Positions 20,313 to 33,149 are shown, counted from the whole stretch's first letter. The stretch: 63,751 bases of DNA, filler included, from Olpidium bornovanus S191 (GCA_017911155.1; 30 parts of 30 records of this genome joined end to end with filler, not necessarily neighbours in it), one strand, 5' to 3'. Numbers and translations: made by a program. Notes: generated by a model not told the origin, from the letters alone.

Positions 20313-22147
20313 TCATATTCTTCGCGCACCCAGGGCGTTCCCGCGGCGGTCTTTCGCCTCTTTCATTCGCTGCGGAAATTAACGCCCCGGCGTCGGGGGA
20401 AGGGGAAGGGAAATCTTAGTAAAGCACGAACCGCGGAATAGATATAAAAAAACAGTAGTGGGCACGCCTCGCCGACTCACTTGCCGCCTCTCCTCCCGCT
20501 TGCGGTTCAGCTCCAACTGCCGCCCCTCTCGACTCGTCGCCGAACTGGACGGTCCCAGCGAACGGGATTCCATCGGCGACACGTCCTCTGGGCCCCACCC
20601 CACGTCCAGGTTCAGAGGAGTATCCAGGGTGACATCCATGCCGCTCGCGGAGCTCGCGCCTCCACCCGTTCCTCCCCAGGCGCCGTCGTCCCACAGCGAC
20701 GGCGGCGCCGCGGCAAAATCGGACGTGACGGGTGGACCCGACACGGCCGGCGGATGGCGGGAAGCGGGGTTCGCCCAGTCGTTCGCAAAGTCTGGAACGG
20801 AAAAAGAGGGCCAAAATTTTAGCTCTCCATCTCTCTTCCTCTCTGTTTCCATTCACCTGCCTAATCTAGCCGCGCGCTCCCCCGACGAGGGCGGAAAAAA
20901 CGGCACGCTCACCGGGCACGCCGCGCGCCGGATTTGACCCCAGCCGCATCGGCGCCGCACCGGCAATCGGCCTGGACTGTCCGGAAGACGCCGAGGCGGC
21001 CGGGCGCGCTTGCGGTGCCGGCTTAGGCTGCAGCGGTTCTGTGTTTTTGCGACGGGGGTATATGCCTCGCTGAGCAAAGTCGGAGGGAACAAAAAAAAAA
21101 AAAAAAAAAAAACTGCCCAAGATACTCTTTGGACACACCCCAGGAGCTCGCGTCCTCGTCCATCAAGTTGACTGCCTGCGGCTGTGCGGTTGGGAGAACC
21201 CGAGGGATTTTTGTGTCAGAACGGCAGCCGCGGGTGGAAAGCGTTGAAACCTTTCAAACCTGCGCAAGGTTTGCAACCTTGATGTCAAATCCGCCCCAGC
21301 CGTCCTCGGAGGCGGCAGGAGCGTGCGCATTTCCTGCCGCCGTTGTCACGGGCGGCTGCGGTACCGGCGCCGCCACCGGCGCCATCTCCCCGGAAACGTC
21401 CTCGAGTGCGACCTTGCTAAGTTTCGACGTCAACGAAGAGACCGCCCATCCGGCCCATCCCTCACCTGCCGCCGCCGCCGCCGCTACAGGGTTGCCGGCC
21501 GCTGTCACCGCGTTCCCAGGTTGGGCTTGCGTCGCCGGCTGCGCGGTGTCGGGCTGTCGGAGACCCGGAAAACAAACGCCTTTAGTCGCGGGCTTTTAGA
21601 AAAATGCGGGCGCGGGGGAAGGCGCCATAGACTGCCACCGTACCATACTGGCGGCGACTTTCCCCAACTGCTGGATGAAGACATTCAGTGTGCTGAATGC
21701 CTGGGTGCGCACGGGCCTGTTGCGCAGAAACAAAAACAACAACAAAAAAAAATACCACGTGTTCACGACAAGAAACGCGCCAGATGATCTCCTTATCTAC
21801 GAAGCTTCGCAGCATTTTCGACTGCTCATCGCGCTCTCACTTTTCTGGATCAAGCAGCACGCTGGCAACGGAAGGGATCACCTTTGATGCGATCTCCTCT
21901 GGAGAATACAAGTCGACCGTCGCTGTAATGCCACGTACAGTTCATATTAGGCCACGAATGCGAGTTTCCCACTTGGAAAGTTCACAGGAGCCTCACCATC
22001 AAGCGACATGAGACCCGCTTTACGCGCATGCACGAACGGGTCGCGAAGTGATCGCGAGAATGCGGATACCAACACCTTCCGTTGTGTCTTCCAATTTCGA
22101 GAAAGTATAGACTTTCCGTTACCAATCGGAAATTTACTATTCACTCC
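20313..22147 (-). CDS. SCYL1: SCY1-like pseudokinase / Cex1, C-terminal exons
   Basis: RKVLVSAFSRSLRDPFVHARKAGLM; EEIASKVIPSVASVLLDPEK; VRTQAFSTLNVFIQQL; GWAGWAVSSLTSKL; RKREERRQ-RMKEAKDRRGNALGARRI*. Confidence 0.87.
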
Positions 22148-22247
22148 NNNNNNNNNNNNNNNNNNNNNNNNNNNNNNNNNNNNNNNNNNNNTTAATTAAT
22201 TAANNNNNNNNNNNNNNNNNNNNNNNNNNNNNNNNNNNNNNNNNNNN

Positions 22248-23194
22248 TCATGGATGCGCTCGCCCGGGCCAACGGCCACGCAGCTGACGTTCAGCTTGTA
22301 GACGTTCTGCTCGGTTGCGCGGCGCGTCTGCTGCTGACCTGGCGGCTTCTCGGATTTCCGAGAATCCAGGGATGCGAAAACGTATTTTGCCAGCTCGGCG
22401 AGGATGCCTGCGCGAACCGTCCCATCATTTCGCGCCAAACTATTAACTAAGAGAAACGGGGATCCCGTTGTTCGGAACCGGCTGGCCGACCGCAGTCACT
22501 ATTTTCCCTCAAAAGCCCTCACCTTCAACGACGTTCGCTTTGGCGGATGCAGCAGAACCAAACGAGACGACGTTTGCATTGTATCCCTTCAGGAAGGACT
22601 CCACGAGCGGTTTCAGAGTCTCGTCAAAAACCTCCGTCAAGCGGGTGCCTTCCTCAAAAATCCGGTCGAAGCGAAAATCTTGTCTTGAACGATCAGAGGA
22701 CAAAAAAAAAAACACGATCAGTGTCAAATCGCGAAGGGTAAACGCGAACCGTCCATCGCTGCAGTCGACGACTACGGAACAGATTCTTTTATTTTGTTTA
22801 TCCCCTTACTTCGTGCCGGCGGTGTCGCCCCGGGGTGCCAACGAAAGCGCAGTGTAATTTCTGAATACCTGTAGAAACAACGCGTAGCGTCGTGGAAAGG
22901 GGGAGAGGGGGAGGGGAAGGGAAGTTAGCACGCGTGGGGAGGGAGTTCGCTGACGCCGGCGGGGCTCCCTGCGGTTCGAAGGAATCTGCGGATCGTTTCG
23001 ACCCGGCGGTGTACGGCATTTTCTGCCGTGCGGAAGGGGGGGGGGGGGAAGGGGGGGAGGGGGGGGGGGGGGGAGGGGGGTGGTCACAGCTGATCTTCTC
23101 TTTTGCTCTATCTCGCCTTGATCTCGGCACCCCGGTTCTCGGACCGCCCGAGTTTGTCCGCGACGCGGACGTAAACTTGCGTGTTGGCGACCAT
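22248..23194 (-). CDS. Kinesin-like protein, N-terminal motor-fold exons with degenerate P-loop (partial)
   Basis: MVANTQVYVRVA (beta1); FRFDRIFEEGTRLTEVFDETLKPLVESFLKGYNANVVSF-GSAASAKA; GILAELAKYVF; YKLNVS. Order and spacing match a kinesin motor. Confidence 0.8.
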
Positions 23195-23770
23195 CCTAGC
23201 GCCGCGACTTGTCACGCGAGGGGGGCCCGGGGTGGCGGTGGCGGGTCTTCGTGTCCGTGCTCGAAAAAAGACAGCGTCGCCCGCGCGCGCCCCGGCCAAC
23301 CTGACAACTTTCGGCGTTGTGCTGCGGAGTGGTGGTGGTGTGTGGAGGGGGGAGGGGGGAAAGGGTGAGGGGGTCACCGCGTTGCACCCTGAACACGCGT
23401 AGAATTATGTTTTTATATGTTTCTTTTTTTCTCTCTTCTTTCTTCGCAGGTATGACTGCAAAGCGAAGCAGCCGCCGAGCCGGTAAGCTAAATCCCATTG
23501 GTCGCACGTCAGTTTGCACTCTCCCCGCGCAGACGTCAATCTGACTCCGCCGATGCTGATCGTGGTGGTGGTGGTGAGGCCTCCACCGGCCGACGCAGCG
23601 AAGCGACGCATGTGCGGAGAGCAATGATGGCCCCTGACAACTTGGAACACTGGGGACGGGCCCAATGACGACCAAAAGACGAGTTTGGTGTTATAGAGTT
23701 GCAGGCACTTGACCGCAAAATTCTATTCCCCGCTCTCCAGATCGTGATGACATCTCCGCTCTTGCAGATT

Positions 23771-24500
23771 TCAGCTCCGAACCAAGTTCGATCTACTTTC
23801 CAAATTTGGAAAATCCTTCGCGGGGGCATCGGCATTTACTGGTCCCGGGGATTTTAGAGTGAGCTCTCTCTTTTGGCCACCATCGCTTTTGGCTGCCTCC
23901 GCTACAGCGTTGCGCTGCGCCCTTGAATCAGCATCTCCAGGATTCGCGGCCGTTTCAGCTGGATCGATGGGAGTGGCCGGTTCGGTTGGCTCCGTGATCG
24001 GGCGATCCGTCATCGGAACGCGACCGGCTTCGCGATCAAGTGATCCGCGACCGGCATTGCCATCGAGTGATCATCGCGATCGGCGTCGTGATTGACATTT
24101 CGATCGGGCAATCCGTCATAGGCATATCTGATCAGCATTCCAATATGTATTGCGATCAGCTTCACGATCGGCATTACCATCGGGCGATCCCGCAGATGGT
24201 ATCGACGTTTCGCCGCTCGGCTTCGCGATCATCACCAATTCGCTGTCTCAGCCGTTTCCGCCATCACAATCCTCGCTTCTGTCTGGTGAACTACTCCTGG
24301 GCACGTCTGCAGGTTCCGCGGCCGTCTCGGCCGGACCGTGCGCGTCCGCATGATCCGCGGCCATTTCCGGCCAAATGGGTAGCATGCATGCACCCCACCC
24401 ATCTTGGCCGTCTCAGCCGTCTTGGCTGTCCCTCGTGTGTTCACATGCTCCGCAGCCATCTTAGCCACGCGGCAAGCATGCTCCCCGGCCACCTCGGCCA
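23771..24500 (-). other. Frameshifted low-complexity repeat region (GATC/CGAT-dense, then GGCC-dense)
   Basis: Minus-strand fragments repeat PDGNADREADR / PDRNVNHDADR / DGNAGR and AETAK motifs across frame breaks. Confidence 0.35.
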
Positions 24501-24955
24501 CGCGGCGTAACCGAGCGCGCCCACCTGCTTCGCATCCATTTTGGTCGGGCTGTTACCGAGCTCCGCGGCCATCTCGACCAATCTATTCTGCTATGCAAAC
24601 GCTGCCACGATGCCGGCAAAAATGTCTTGAACAACCTCCTCGCGTCCAATCCCGACGTCACCTCCGTAACCTCTTATTTCTCGAAAACCTTAACGGAGAG
24701 TAGCGTCGTGAACAGTGCTGTCGGCCGACTTTTTCTGGGGTGCGCCGGGCGCGCATTATTCTCTCATTCCACTAGTTTGGCAGGCCCCGCACGGGACTTG
24801 CAAAGTGGCCGGGTCTGCAAATGAACGGTAGGCATAGTCGTTTGCCTGAACATGANNNNNNNNNNNNNNNNNNNNNNNNNNNNNNNNNNNNNNNNNNNNT
24901 TAATTAATTAANNNNNNNNNNNNNNNNNNNNNNNNNNNNNNNNNNNNNNNNNNNN

Positions 24956-25957
24956 CCCGCCTGCTCGCCCTGGCGGAAGCTGCAAAAACCGCGTCGGTGG
25001 AAGAGGCGACGAAAGGCCTACAGGTAAAAACCGCCGGAGGAAAGGCGGGAGAGGTCTAACGGCCGCTTCGCACATGGTGTACGAATTTTGGCTAAGATGC
25101 GTGACCGTTCGTCTTTCGAAACATCAGGAAAAGTTCTACGAACGCACCAGGGAGTGCGAGCTCTACGAGCGGACGAATCAAGAACTACGCGAACAAGTGT
25201 TCCGTTCTCAAGTGGAGGTTCATGGTTTGCGGGAAGAGCATACGGCTCTGAAACGGAAACTTGACGACGCCCTGGCGGAGACATCTAAACTTCAGGAAGG
25301 TGAATGCGCGAACGGAATTATGTGCCGGGAGGTGGCGGGGAGGAGAGGGAGCGGGAGGTCGGGGCAGGCCGGCAAGTGCCTAACGGCAGTCTCTCCGCGT
25401 TTCCAGCGAATGCCGAGGTGATCTCTGAGAAGGAGGAGACCGAGGGGGGATTGAAGCTGACACAAGAAACGTTGGAACGGGCGGAAAGCGCTTTGGAATC
25501 CCACGCGGTGTCCGCTGCAGAGGCGCAACGGCAGATCGAGGTCCTCATGGGCGACAACGCGGCGCTGCGGCAGGCGGAGGGCGAGCTGCGCGCGCGGGCG
25601 GCCCGATCGGAGGCCGAGGAGGAGCGGCTCAGCAAATCCCAGGCAGAGCTCCAGGCGCAGAACGCCCTGCTCGCTGAGAAGGCCGGCAACCTCCACCATG
25701 CTGTGGTCCTGCTGCACGAGGAGGAGGCGTCCCAGAAGCGGACGATCGAGCGAACCGCGGGGAAGTGCGCCGAACTCGAAGCCGCCGTCGCCGACGGCAA
25801 CACGCGGTACGCTGCCCTAGAAGCCCTGATGCGGAACATGATGAGTTACCCGGACGTAAGCCTGGGCGTGTCGTCGAAGGGAGACGAGACGGGCGGGTTG
25901 GGCGTTCCGAAGGAGCTCGAGGGAGGCGTCCCGGATCTGAGCCGAGCGGAAGGAGCG
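24956..25957 (+). CDS. Long coiled-coil protein, internal exons (weakly CCDC157-like)
   Basis: GT-AG bounded heptad-rich exons (EKFYERTRECELYERTNQELREQ...; LKLTQETLERAESAL...LMRNMMSYPDVS). The family guess rests only on the terminal YPD motif. Confidence 0.6.
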
Positions 25958-26465
25958 NNNNNNNNNNNNNNNNNNNNNNNNNNNNNNNNNNNNNNNNNNN
26001 NTTAATTAATTAANNNNNNNNNNNNNNNNNNNNNNNNNNNNNNNNNNNNNNNNNNNNACATGTTAATACAAATAATAGGCGAAAATATACTGTTCCTAGG
26101 AACAAAGGCATTATTTGAAGCCCCACGCAGATGTGAAGGTGAATTAGAAAAGGAGTATTGTTGCTGGTGTCGAGGCGATTGCGCTTTCGCGGGGGCAAGC
26201 CGAAAATAAGTGCCACTGTAAATATTTTCCAATTGCGCTCATCTCTGTATTTACTTTCCTCATCTGTTCCTTATGTATAAATTCTGCCACCAATAATGCC
26301 CCTCGCTGTAATTTTCCTCGTCTCGGCCCTTGTCTATAAATTCTTTGCCGAAAAGGCCTGCAGAGCGTTTCCTTCTTTCCTTTTTATTTGTGCAGGGGGA
26401 CCTCGCGAAAATTTTTATCGACAAAAAAAAGTACCACCCCTCCCCTCACTTTCCGGAATTCCTGT

Positions 26466-28480
26466 CTATTTTATCGGCGGGAACAGCACGGCGCCTCGGT
26501 CGCCCAGATCCCGCTCGCCGTCGTCGGCCAGGGAGTCCAGCGTCGCGTCCGCAGCGCCGCGTCGGTCGCGGGGAACACCGAGCCGGTCCAGCAGCGTTTC
26601 CGCTTTGCACGGGAGGACGGCCTGGAGGAAAGTTCCGGACACGCGGAGCACTTCCAGCGCGTGGTAAAGCACCTGCCGAAGCCGCAGACCTGTCGATGGG
26701 TCTTGGTCGCGCCGTTTGGCCAGGTCCCATGGGGCTGTCTGCTGGACGTACCGGTTCGTCTGCATATTAATGACCCCCCACCCCAACCCCCAGCCTCCGT
26801 GTCAGTAGCAATTAATCCGATCCGGGAAGCGGTTCTGAACAGCGCAAAAAGCAGGTCTTCCAGTTGGAAACAAAAAAGAACGGCAAAATATTAAGCGAAT
26901 CGCCAAGGAGCACCACGACCCTCTCCTTAAACCCCACCTCGGCGAGCGCGTCAAAGATGCATTCCAGAGCGCGGTCGACTCTGCATGCAGAAAAGTGGCC
27001 GTCAACGTGTCCTACAAATATTTGGAGTTTAGTGTGTGTGCCGGCGGCCGGGACAGCGCAGCAAAGGTTTTGCCGATGAATGTTGACCAGATTTACCAAG
27101 AAGACTTTCCACCTTTTCCCGGAAAAGGATGTCGTCCTCGTGGCAGATTTGCGAGGGTTTGGCCGGGTAGACCTGGTTGGGATTGACAGCGACCGAAGTT
27201 GTCCGTTGGAGAAGGTTACCCACCTGCGCCTGCAGGTCTTTCTTGTACCTGACCGCCAACTCGGCGCGGTCGTAGTCTAAAAACGGGAACAAATAAAAAA
27301 CAATCCTTGTCAGCCATCTCCTCCCAAAACGACTTACCGCATGAGCGCGCGCAAAAATCTCGCAAGGTACCACCTACTGCAATCGTTAGCCATCGGACCA
27401 AAGCGCATGAGGTACAGCCTGACCGTCTCGGCGCCGTACAACTCGAGCTCCGCAAACGGGTCAACAACGTTGCCCCGGGATTTGGACATCTTATGGTGGT
27501 CCATCATCCAATGAGCATGCGCCACGATCCGGCGCGGTAGAGGCAGGGCTGCGGCGAGCAAGAAGGCAGGCCAGTAGATGGCGTGGAACCTGCAAAACGC
27601 GGACAAAGCACGTTTCCGCGGCCTGGTTTAAGCGTGCATATTTTCCATACATACCCCTTCCCCAGGGGGCTTTGTTCGCCTCGGCAAGTCGAAAACCGGC
27701 GGAGCTCACCGCAGGATGTCCTTTCCCACAATGTGGACGTCCGCAGGCCAGGGAGACGTCGGAGATAGGCCGGCTTCCGACCCGAAGTCAGGATACCCGG
27801 AAACCGTCAGGTAACTTGCCAGTGCGTCTAGCCATACGTACACCACCTGGGAATCGTCGTTGGGCACAGGGATACCCCAGGACAGTCGACCCCGGGGGCG
27901 TGACACCGAAAGATCCTCAAGCGGCGTTTTGAGCAGGTTAAGTACGTCGTATTTCCGCTCCTTCGGGAGGATCACTTGTTTTTGAACGAGGATAATGAGG
28001 GAAGAAACCGGAGAAAAGTATCAAAAAAAATTCGGACTAAGTCCAGGGGGTTGCGAAAGCAAGACGCTATAGGCAGGCGAACTCTTTGGTCACGGGAAAA
28101 TAGAAATGCAAACGCAACGCAAAAGAATATCCAAGCACCTTCCGGGGTATCCGACAGCCAGCGGCGCAAGTCATCCGTGAATTTTGATAGGCGGAACTTG
28201 TACGTCACCTCAGAGGCCCATTCAACAAGATGGCCGGACCCGATCGCCATCTTGGTGCGCACAGCACGATAAGCCTTGAGACGCCGGGAAATGTCGCCGC
28301 AGCTACGGAACCGGAGAACGACGTGCCCGCGAGTCGACCGGTACGCACCGTACATTTTTTGCCGGTGCTGGGGTCGAGAACAGTTGTCACCTGGTTTGGC
28401 ATCAGAAACGACTCGTCCTGGACGGAGTACCAACCGTCATACTTGTCTTTGTAGAAGTATCCGTTGCGCTGAATCCGAGT
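26466..28480 (-). CDS. MSM1: Mitochondrial methionyl-tRNA synthetase (5' partial)
   Basis: GYFYKDKYDGWYSVQDESF; LSWGIPVPNDDSQVVYVWLDALASY; HIVGKDILR; FHAIYWPAFL; KMSKSRGNVVDP; ends VLFPPIK*. Confidence 0.95.
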
Positions 28481-28628
28481 CTAAAAAGTAAAAGCAAAAC
28501 AAGTCGGTTTCGAAATCCCTAATGCATGNNNNNNNNNNNNNNNNNNNNNNNNNNNNNNNNNNNNNNNNNNNNTTAATTAATTAANNNNNNNNNNNNNNNN
28601 NNNNNNNNNNNNNNNNNNNNNNNNNNNN

Positions 28629-29150
28629 CATGACACTGTTGTGCCAAGACATTGTGCTTTGTCTGTGCACGTGGCTTGTCGATGTCTCGATTCGACTCGC
28701 TGTTCGTTGACTAGCAGTGTAGTCCCAATTTATTGCTTTCTAGCGCTCTCGTTCAGGTGGAGTGGCGCAATTCATTGTCCACGTACCTTGCTCTGTTCTG
28801 CCCTGCTCTGGTTCACCGACGTGAGAGCTTGACTCTTGTCTGCTTCAATGTCAGCTCAGCGATGACGCCACTTGCCCTAGGTGCGGTCTCAGCTACAAGG
28901 GACGGTACGTGCACAGGAGACTTGGTGCAGATGAGCCTGCCAAGTTCCTCAAGTGCAGATGCTCCGAGCTGGATGACACGCATGACGTCGTTGTGGAGGC
29001 ATGCATTGCAGTTGGTTCCTCTCTGCTCAGTGTGCCACCGCTCTCTCGAGATCAGCGCTTCCTCTCGTCTAGTGCTCTGCTCTGTCGTGACAGGTGTTTC
29101 GTGGCTGACGGGTTTTCCATCTCTGTTGAATACGAGATTCGTCTGAACCC
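28629..29150 (-). pseudogene. Possible decayed LTR-retroelement gag
   Basis: A stop-riddled frame (ERWHTEQRGTNCNACLHNDVMRVIQLGASALEELGRL) loosely resembles copia gag; no primer site or LTR found. Confidence 0.25.
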
Positions 29151-29359
29151 GCACTTGTCACGCCTAGTTTACGAGTTGGTCGGCCCTGCTGGTCAGTGTC
29201 ACTGGACCGAGTCAGGCTTCCCGTGTTCGCTTGTCGTGTTTTCCTCAGGTCGGGAAGACTCAGATCCAGAGGAGCGTCGGATATGACTGTCAAAGTTAGT
29301 GACGTTGCTATTGATCCGGCCCCTGGCATGATCTATGCGACGTCACTCGAGGCAAGTGT

Positions 29360-31283
29360 TCAGTATGGCGAGAGCTCAGACCTGTCTCTTGCTTCCCCGG
29401 AGACATCGCCCCCGTGCCCGAGGAGGAGCGTACGCCGCCCGCCCACCGGCAACAGCTCTACGACGCGCGGAACGTCGCCCCCGCCCTCGGGCCGTTGCAG
29501 CTCGCGCCGCACTTCTGCCTTCGTCGCCCGCCGGCGCCCCAAGAGGAAACCGCGCCCCAAGAGGAAACCGCGGCGCGGCCTTCCAAACGGCGCAGTCGCA
29601 CGAGCACAGAACTCCTCCTGGCGGGAGCCGTCGGCCACGAGTCCGACGCGCCCAGGAGGCCCGCCCCGTCCGACAATAGATAGTAGCTCAAACAAAAGAA
29701 GAATAAGAAGACGTACTGCGCGCAGTACGTCTTCTGGCGTCATCAGGGGTCACGTGACACCCCCGTGCAGAACGTCTCGGGAGGAGAACCGGCTTTCGGC
29801 GGTGTACTGCCTTAACACCTCGTTTCTTCCCACTTGAGTTTTCTCGCGTCGAAATGGCCTTTCCGTTGAGAACAAAGGTGATATTCCGCTTGTTTTCGAC
29901 CTCACGCTGGCGACTAGCTGGACACTGGCGGGATCTCTGATTTTCTCCCAAACGAGATAATGACCAGTTTTGTACGTCTAAAGGTCTCGATCACGGCGGG
30001 CCCCCCCTAGCGACCTTGAACTGCTAGGTGGAGTTGGCGAGCTCGTGCTGCTAAAAGTCCGGAAGCAGCACCTCCCCCAGTGCTTCGGCCACAATTGCCG
30101 CTGCACCGGCAAACTGGTTCTCGTCGTCCGGTTCTACCTCGTTGTTGGGATCTTCTTCCGTTTGTGGCGGCACCCTGGCGTCAAGGCGGCCGATCCAAAT
30201 TAATCAACCTGAAGAAGCGGGGGCGGGAGACGTCCTGGCGAAATCAAAGAAAATCGAATTTTCCTTACCGCGTGATATATCTGTCTAGCGTGTTTTGGCC
30301 TTGGCGAAGACCGTTGATGTCCTGCCACGACGGCAGATACGGCCGGAGCCAGGGAAACCGGCAGACCTCGTCCACGAAAGCCTGGTGTGCTTGTGCGTTG
30401 GGGCACAACAGTGCCACCGCTAAAGCGATTTTACGGCAAACGCCAGGGACGGTCGCCGCAAAGACTTCGTCGGCGTCGACGGAGGGTTCGGTTGAAGCGG
30501 GGCGTTTCCATTTCTTTCCGGAGCGGATGGCTTCCGCAGACCCATGTACGCGCATGCCTGCTGGTGGGAAGTATCAACCTCGGGGGTCTGTGTTTCGGAT
30601 GACATGCGGGGAACACACTTTTGGATGAACCGCAAACGCGCGTCAACCGGTTGGACGTGTAAATGGCGAGGTCGATTTCGGTGTAGAAATGTGCACCGGC
30701 GCCGCTTTCCAATTCACGGGCCATGGCGTTCTGAAGGGCGACGAGCGGGTCCGGGTCTGCAGTCGCGACGTTGTCAACATTCCCAGAACAGACGGAACGG
30801 GAGGCGTACTGCGCGCAGTACGCCTCCCGTTGCACAGAAAACAACAAACCCTGCGGCTGCGCGTACCGTTATCGCCGACCACGCGCCTCAAGGACGAACG
30901 GTTAAAAAAAACTCGGCCGGAAGATGATATTTGTCGCGATGGGCAAGAAAGTAGCCGACGAAAACCAATGCGAATGAATAGTGGTGGAGACAGAGGGTGC
31001 GAAACGCTATATTGAACCCTACTGAACGGTGTCAGCCCCTAGCCACAGACGTACTGCGCGCAGTACAAGTCTTACACGTCTTACCTTTAAAGTAAACCGA
31101 CGCCTTTAGTCCATCACCCGGGAGGCTCTCCTCGACGCAAACGGCATCAGCTTCCAGGGGTCCTCCGGGGTACAATGCCCAATCCATGGTCGCGGCCGTA
31201 AAATCAACAAAGGCGCGCACGAGTTCTGCCGCGGCCCGCCGGGACCTCGCGTTGCGCTCCTCCCCTGTCGCCGGGGAACGCAC
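29360..31283 (-). CDS. Unidentified multi-exon gene hosting the palindromes
   Basis: The exon ending at 31085 (ELVRAFVDFTAATMDWALYPGG...SVYFK) splices in frame through a GTAAGA...CAG intron 31084-30757 to DPDPLVALQNAMARELESGAGAHFYTEIDLAIY. Further exons are uncertain. Confidence 0.45.
29706..29735. repeat. Perfect 30-bp palindrome, copy 1
   Basis: AGAAGACGTACTGCG|CGCAGTACGTCTTCT. Confidence 0.97.
30796..30831. repeat. Perfect 36-bp palindrome, copy 2
   Basis: AACGGGAGGCGTACTGCG|CGCAGTACGCCTCCCGTT. Confidence 0.97.
31047..31072. repeat. Palindrome copy 3 (16-bp perfect core, bulged extension)
   Basis: AGAC-GTACTGCGCGCAGTAC-AA-GTCT. Confidence 0.9.
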
Positions 31284-32993
31284 GTAATACCACTCGATAT
31301 CGAAANNNNNNNNNNNNNNNNNNNNNNNNNNNNNNNNNNNNNNNNNNNNTTAATTAATTAANNNNNNNNNNNNNNNNNNNNNNNNNNNNNNNNNNNNNNN
31401 NNNNNCATGCGGGTACTGATTGCCAAGAGGTCTGATAAAGAGTCAGAGTAGTTGGTCAACTTCACAAAAGGATGAAAGAAATAGGGTAAAAGGGAAGAAG
31501 GAAGAATAGAGAAATCTCGTTGGTCCTGTTTGCTCAAGCTCCTTGACCGTTGACCGGGCATCTTGATGAATTCTGTATTGACAAAAGGGAAAACGTGTAT
31601 GAACCAGGACAAAGGCACACACGCCAAGCAAATCACGAAATTTGACAAAGTCGGGACCACGGAGACCTTTGTGAGGCCGTCTGCAAAGTTGCGAGGACGG
31701 CGCAACTTTGCCGCCTGAAGTGCAACCGCGATTTTCTTCTCCTGCGGTGGATTCCAGGCCTCTTGCACAACATCGAGGTATGCGGGGCGCGTTGCCGAAC
31801 CTATCGCCTTCCTGACACTTCTGTGTTCCGCTCGGGTTGGCTGTGAGCGCTGGCTTTGGCATTGTACAGCATTGTAAAAATCTTCCATTCGTCAGGCCCG
31901 ATTAGCGCAACTTTGCAACCAAGCTTACCCAGCCACAATCACTCGTCAGATGTACAGGTTTAAGTCCTTGGTGCGACCAGGCCGGTTGACGCACGGTCTC
32001 TGCGGCACAGGTGCCTGCAACCAGGTGGCAGTGCCTGTCGACTTTTGGGCGTTTGAGTGGCCAGCATTGCCAACAGCGCTGTGCTGCCGCTCGCGCTGTT
32101 GGCGGTGCTGCTGCTGCTGCTGCTGGGACCGCCGCCTGCACTAAGCCCGCTGCGCAACGCGGCGTCAAAGCAAGCGCCTGCGGCTGGGCAGCCACGGCGA
32201 CGGACCTGGGCACGGACTCGTTTCAAACTGCTCGTGGAATGTTCAGACCTTGGACACGTTGCTGGCGCTGCGTGAGCCCCGGATCAACCAGGATCGGTCC
32301 ATGCGCGCGCGGGTGCAGGCGCGACCGGCACAGGCGTAATCGGCACAGGGCCAGGGGGTTTTCCCAAGGCGCAGCCAATGGCATAGGCAGGTTGGCCCTT
32401 GGTTCCAGGGGGACCGTGTCGCGTGCGCGCGCTTGGCGCGGGGCGGGGCGGGGAGGGGGGGTGTGGGGCGGGGAGGGGGGGCGGGGGGGGGGGGGGGGGG
32501 GGGTGGGGGGAGGGGGCCAAAGGGAAGGAGGGGGGGGGGAACCCGTATTGAATAGGACCGAAAGAGAATCCGAGAGCCGACTTGGGGCGGAGACGCGGTG
32601 AGCTTGAGAGAAGGGAGGGGAGGAGAGAAACTGCATTCGCGGCGTTGCTTCTCCAACGCCGGAGGCGCCTATTTTTTTTTTTTTGGCGGGGATCTAAGAA
32701 TTCTCTTCAAAGAGAGGTGGCACCAGAAGTGCGTCCTCCGCTCAGCCTCCCTCTTTGTTCTTGCCCCGTTATTCGTTATTCGACCCCTTTAACAGTCCAG
32801 GGGGGGGTGGGGGGAAGGGGGTGCCGGGTAAAGGGGGTTGGGGGGAAGGGGGTGCCGTGTAAAGGGGGGTGGGGGGAAGGGGGTGCCGCGTAAGGGGGGG
32901 GGGGATAACGCGGTCCCGCATGTGGCGCGCACGTTTGCGGCACCGCCCCTAATCCCCCCCGCCATCAACGCCCCTTTCCGAACGCCGTATGCA

Positions 32994-33000
32994 TATAAAA
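32994..33000 (+). promoter_or_regulatory. Candidate TATA box
   Basis: TATAAAA in GC-rich context about 150 bp upstream of the ATG at 33150. Confidence 0.5.
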
Positions 33001-33149
33001 AGGCGGAGGGTCTTCATCCTTTTCACGCCCGCCGGCCGTTCCTCGCTTTCTCGCGCTCTTCGGACGGACCCGGTCGATCCTCTGTGTCGTCTCCTGTCCG
33101 CCGGACGCCACCGCCCGCCACCGCTCACGCACGCCGCGCCACGCCTCCA

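Noticed and set aside
31406-32400. ORFs of 139-196 aa as a gene or transposase
   Set aside because: No motif recognised and no consistent splice structure; left unannotated.
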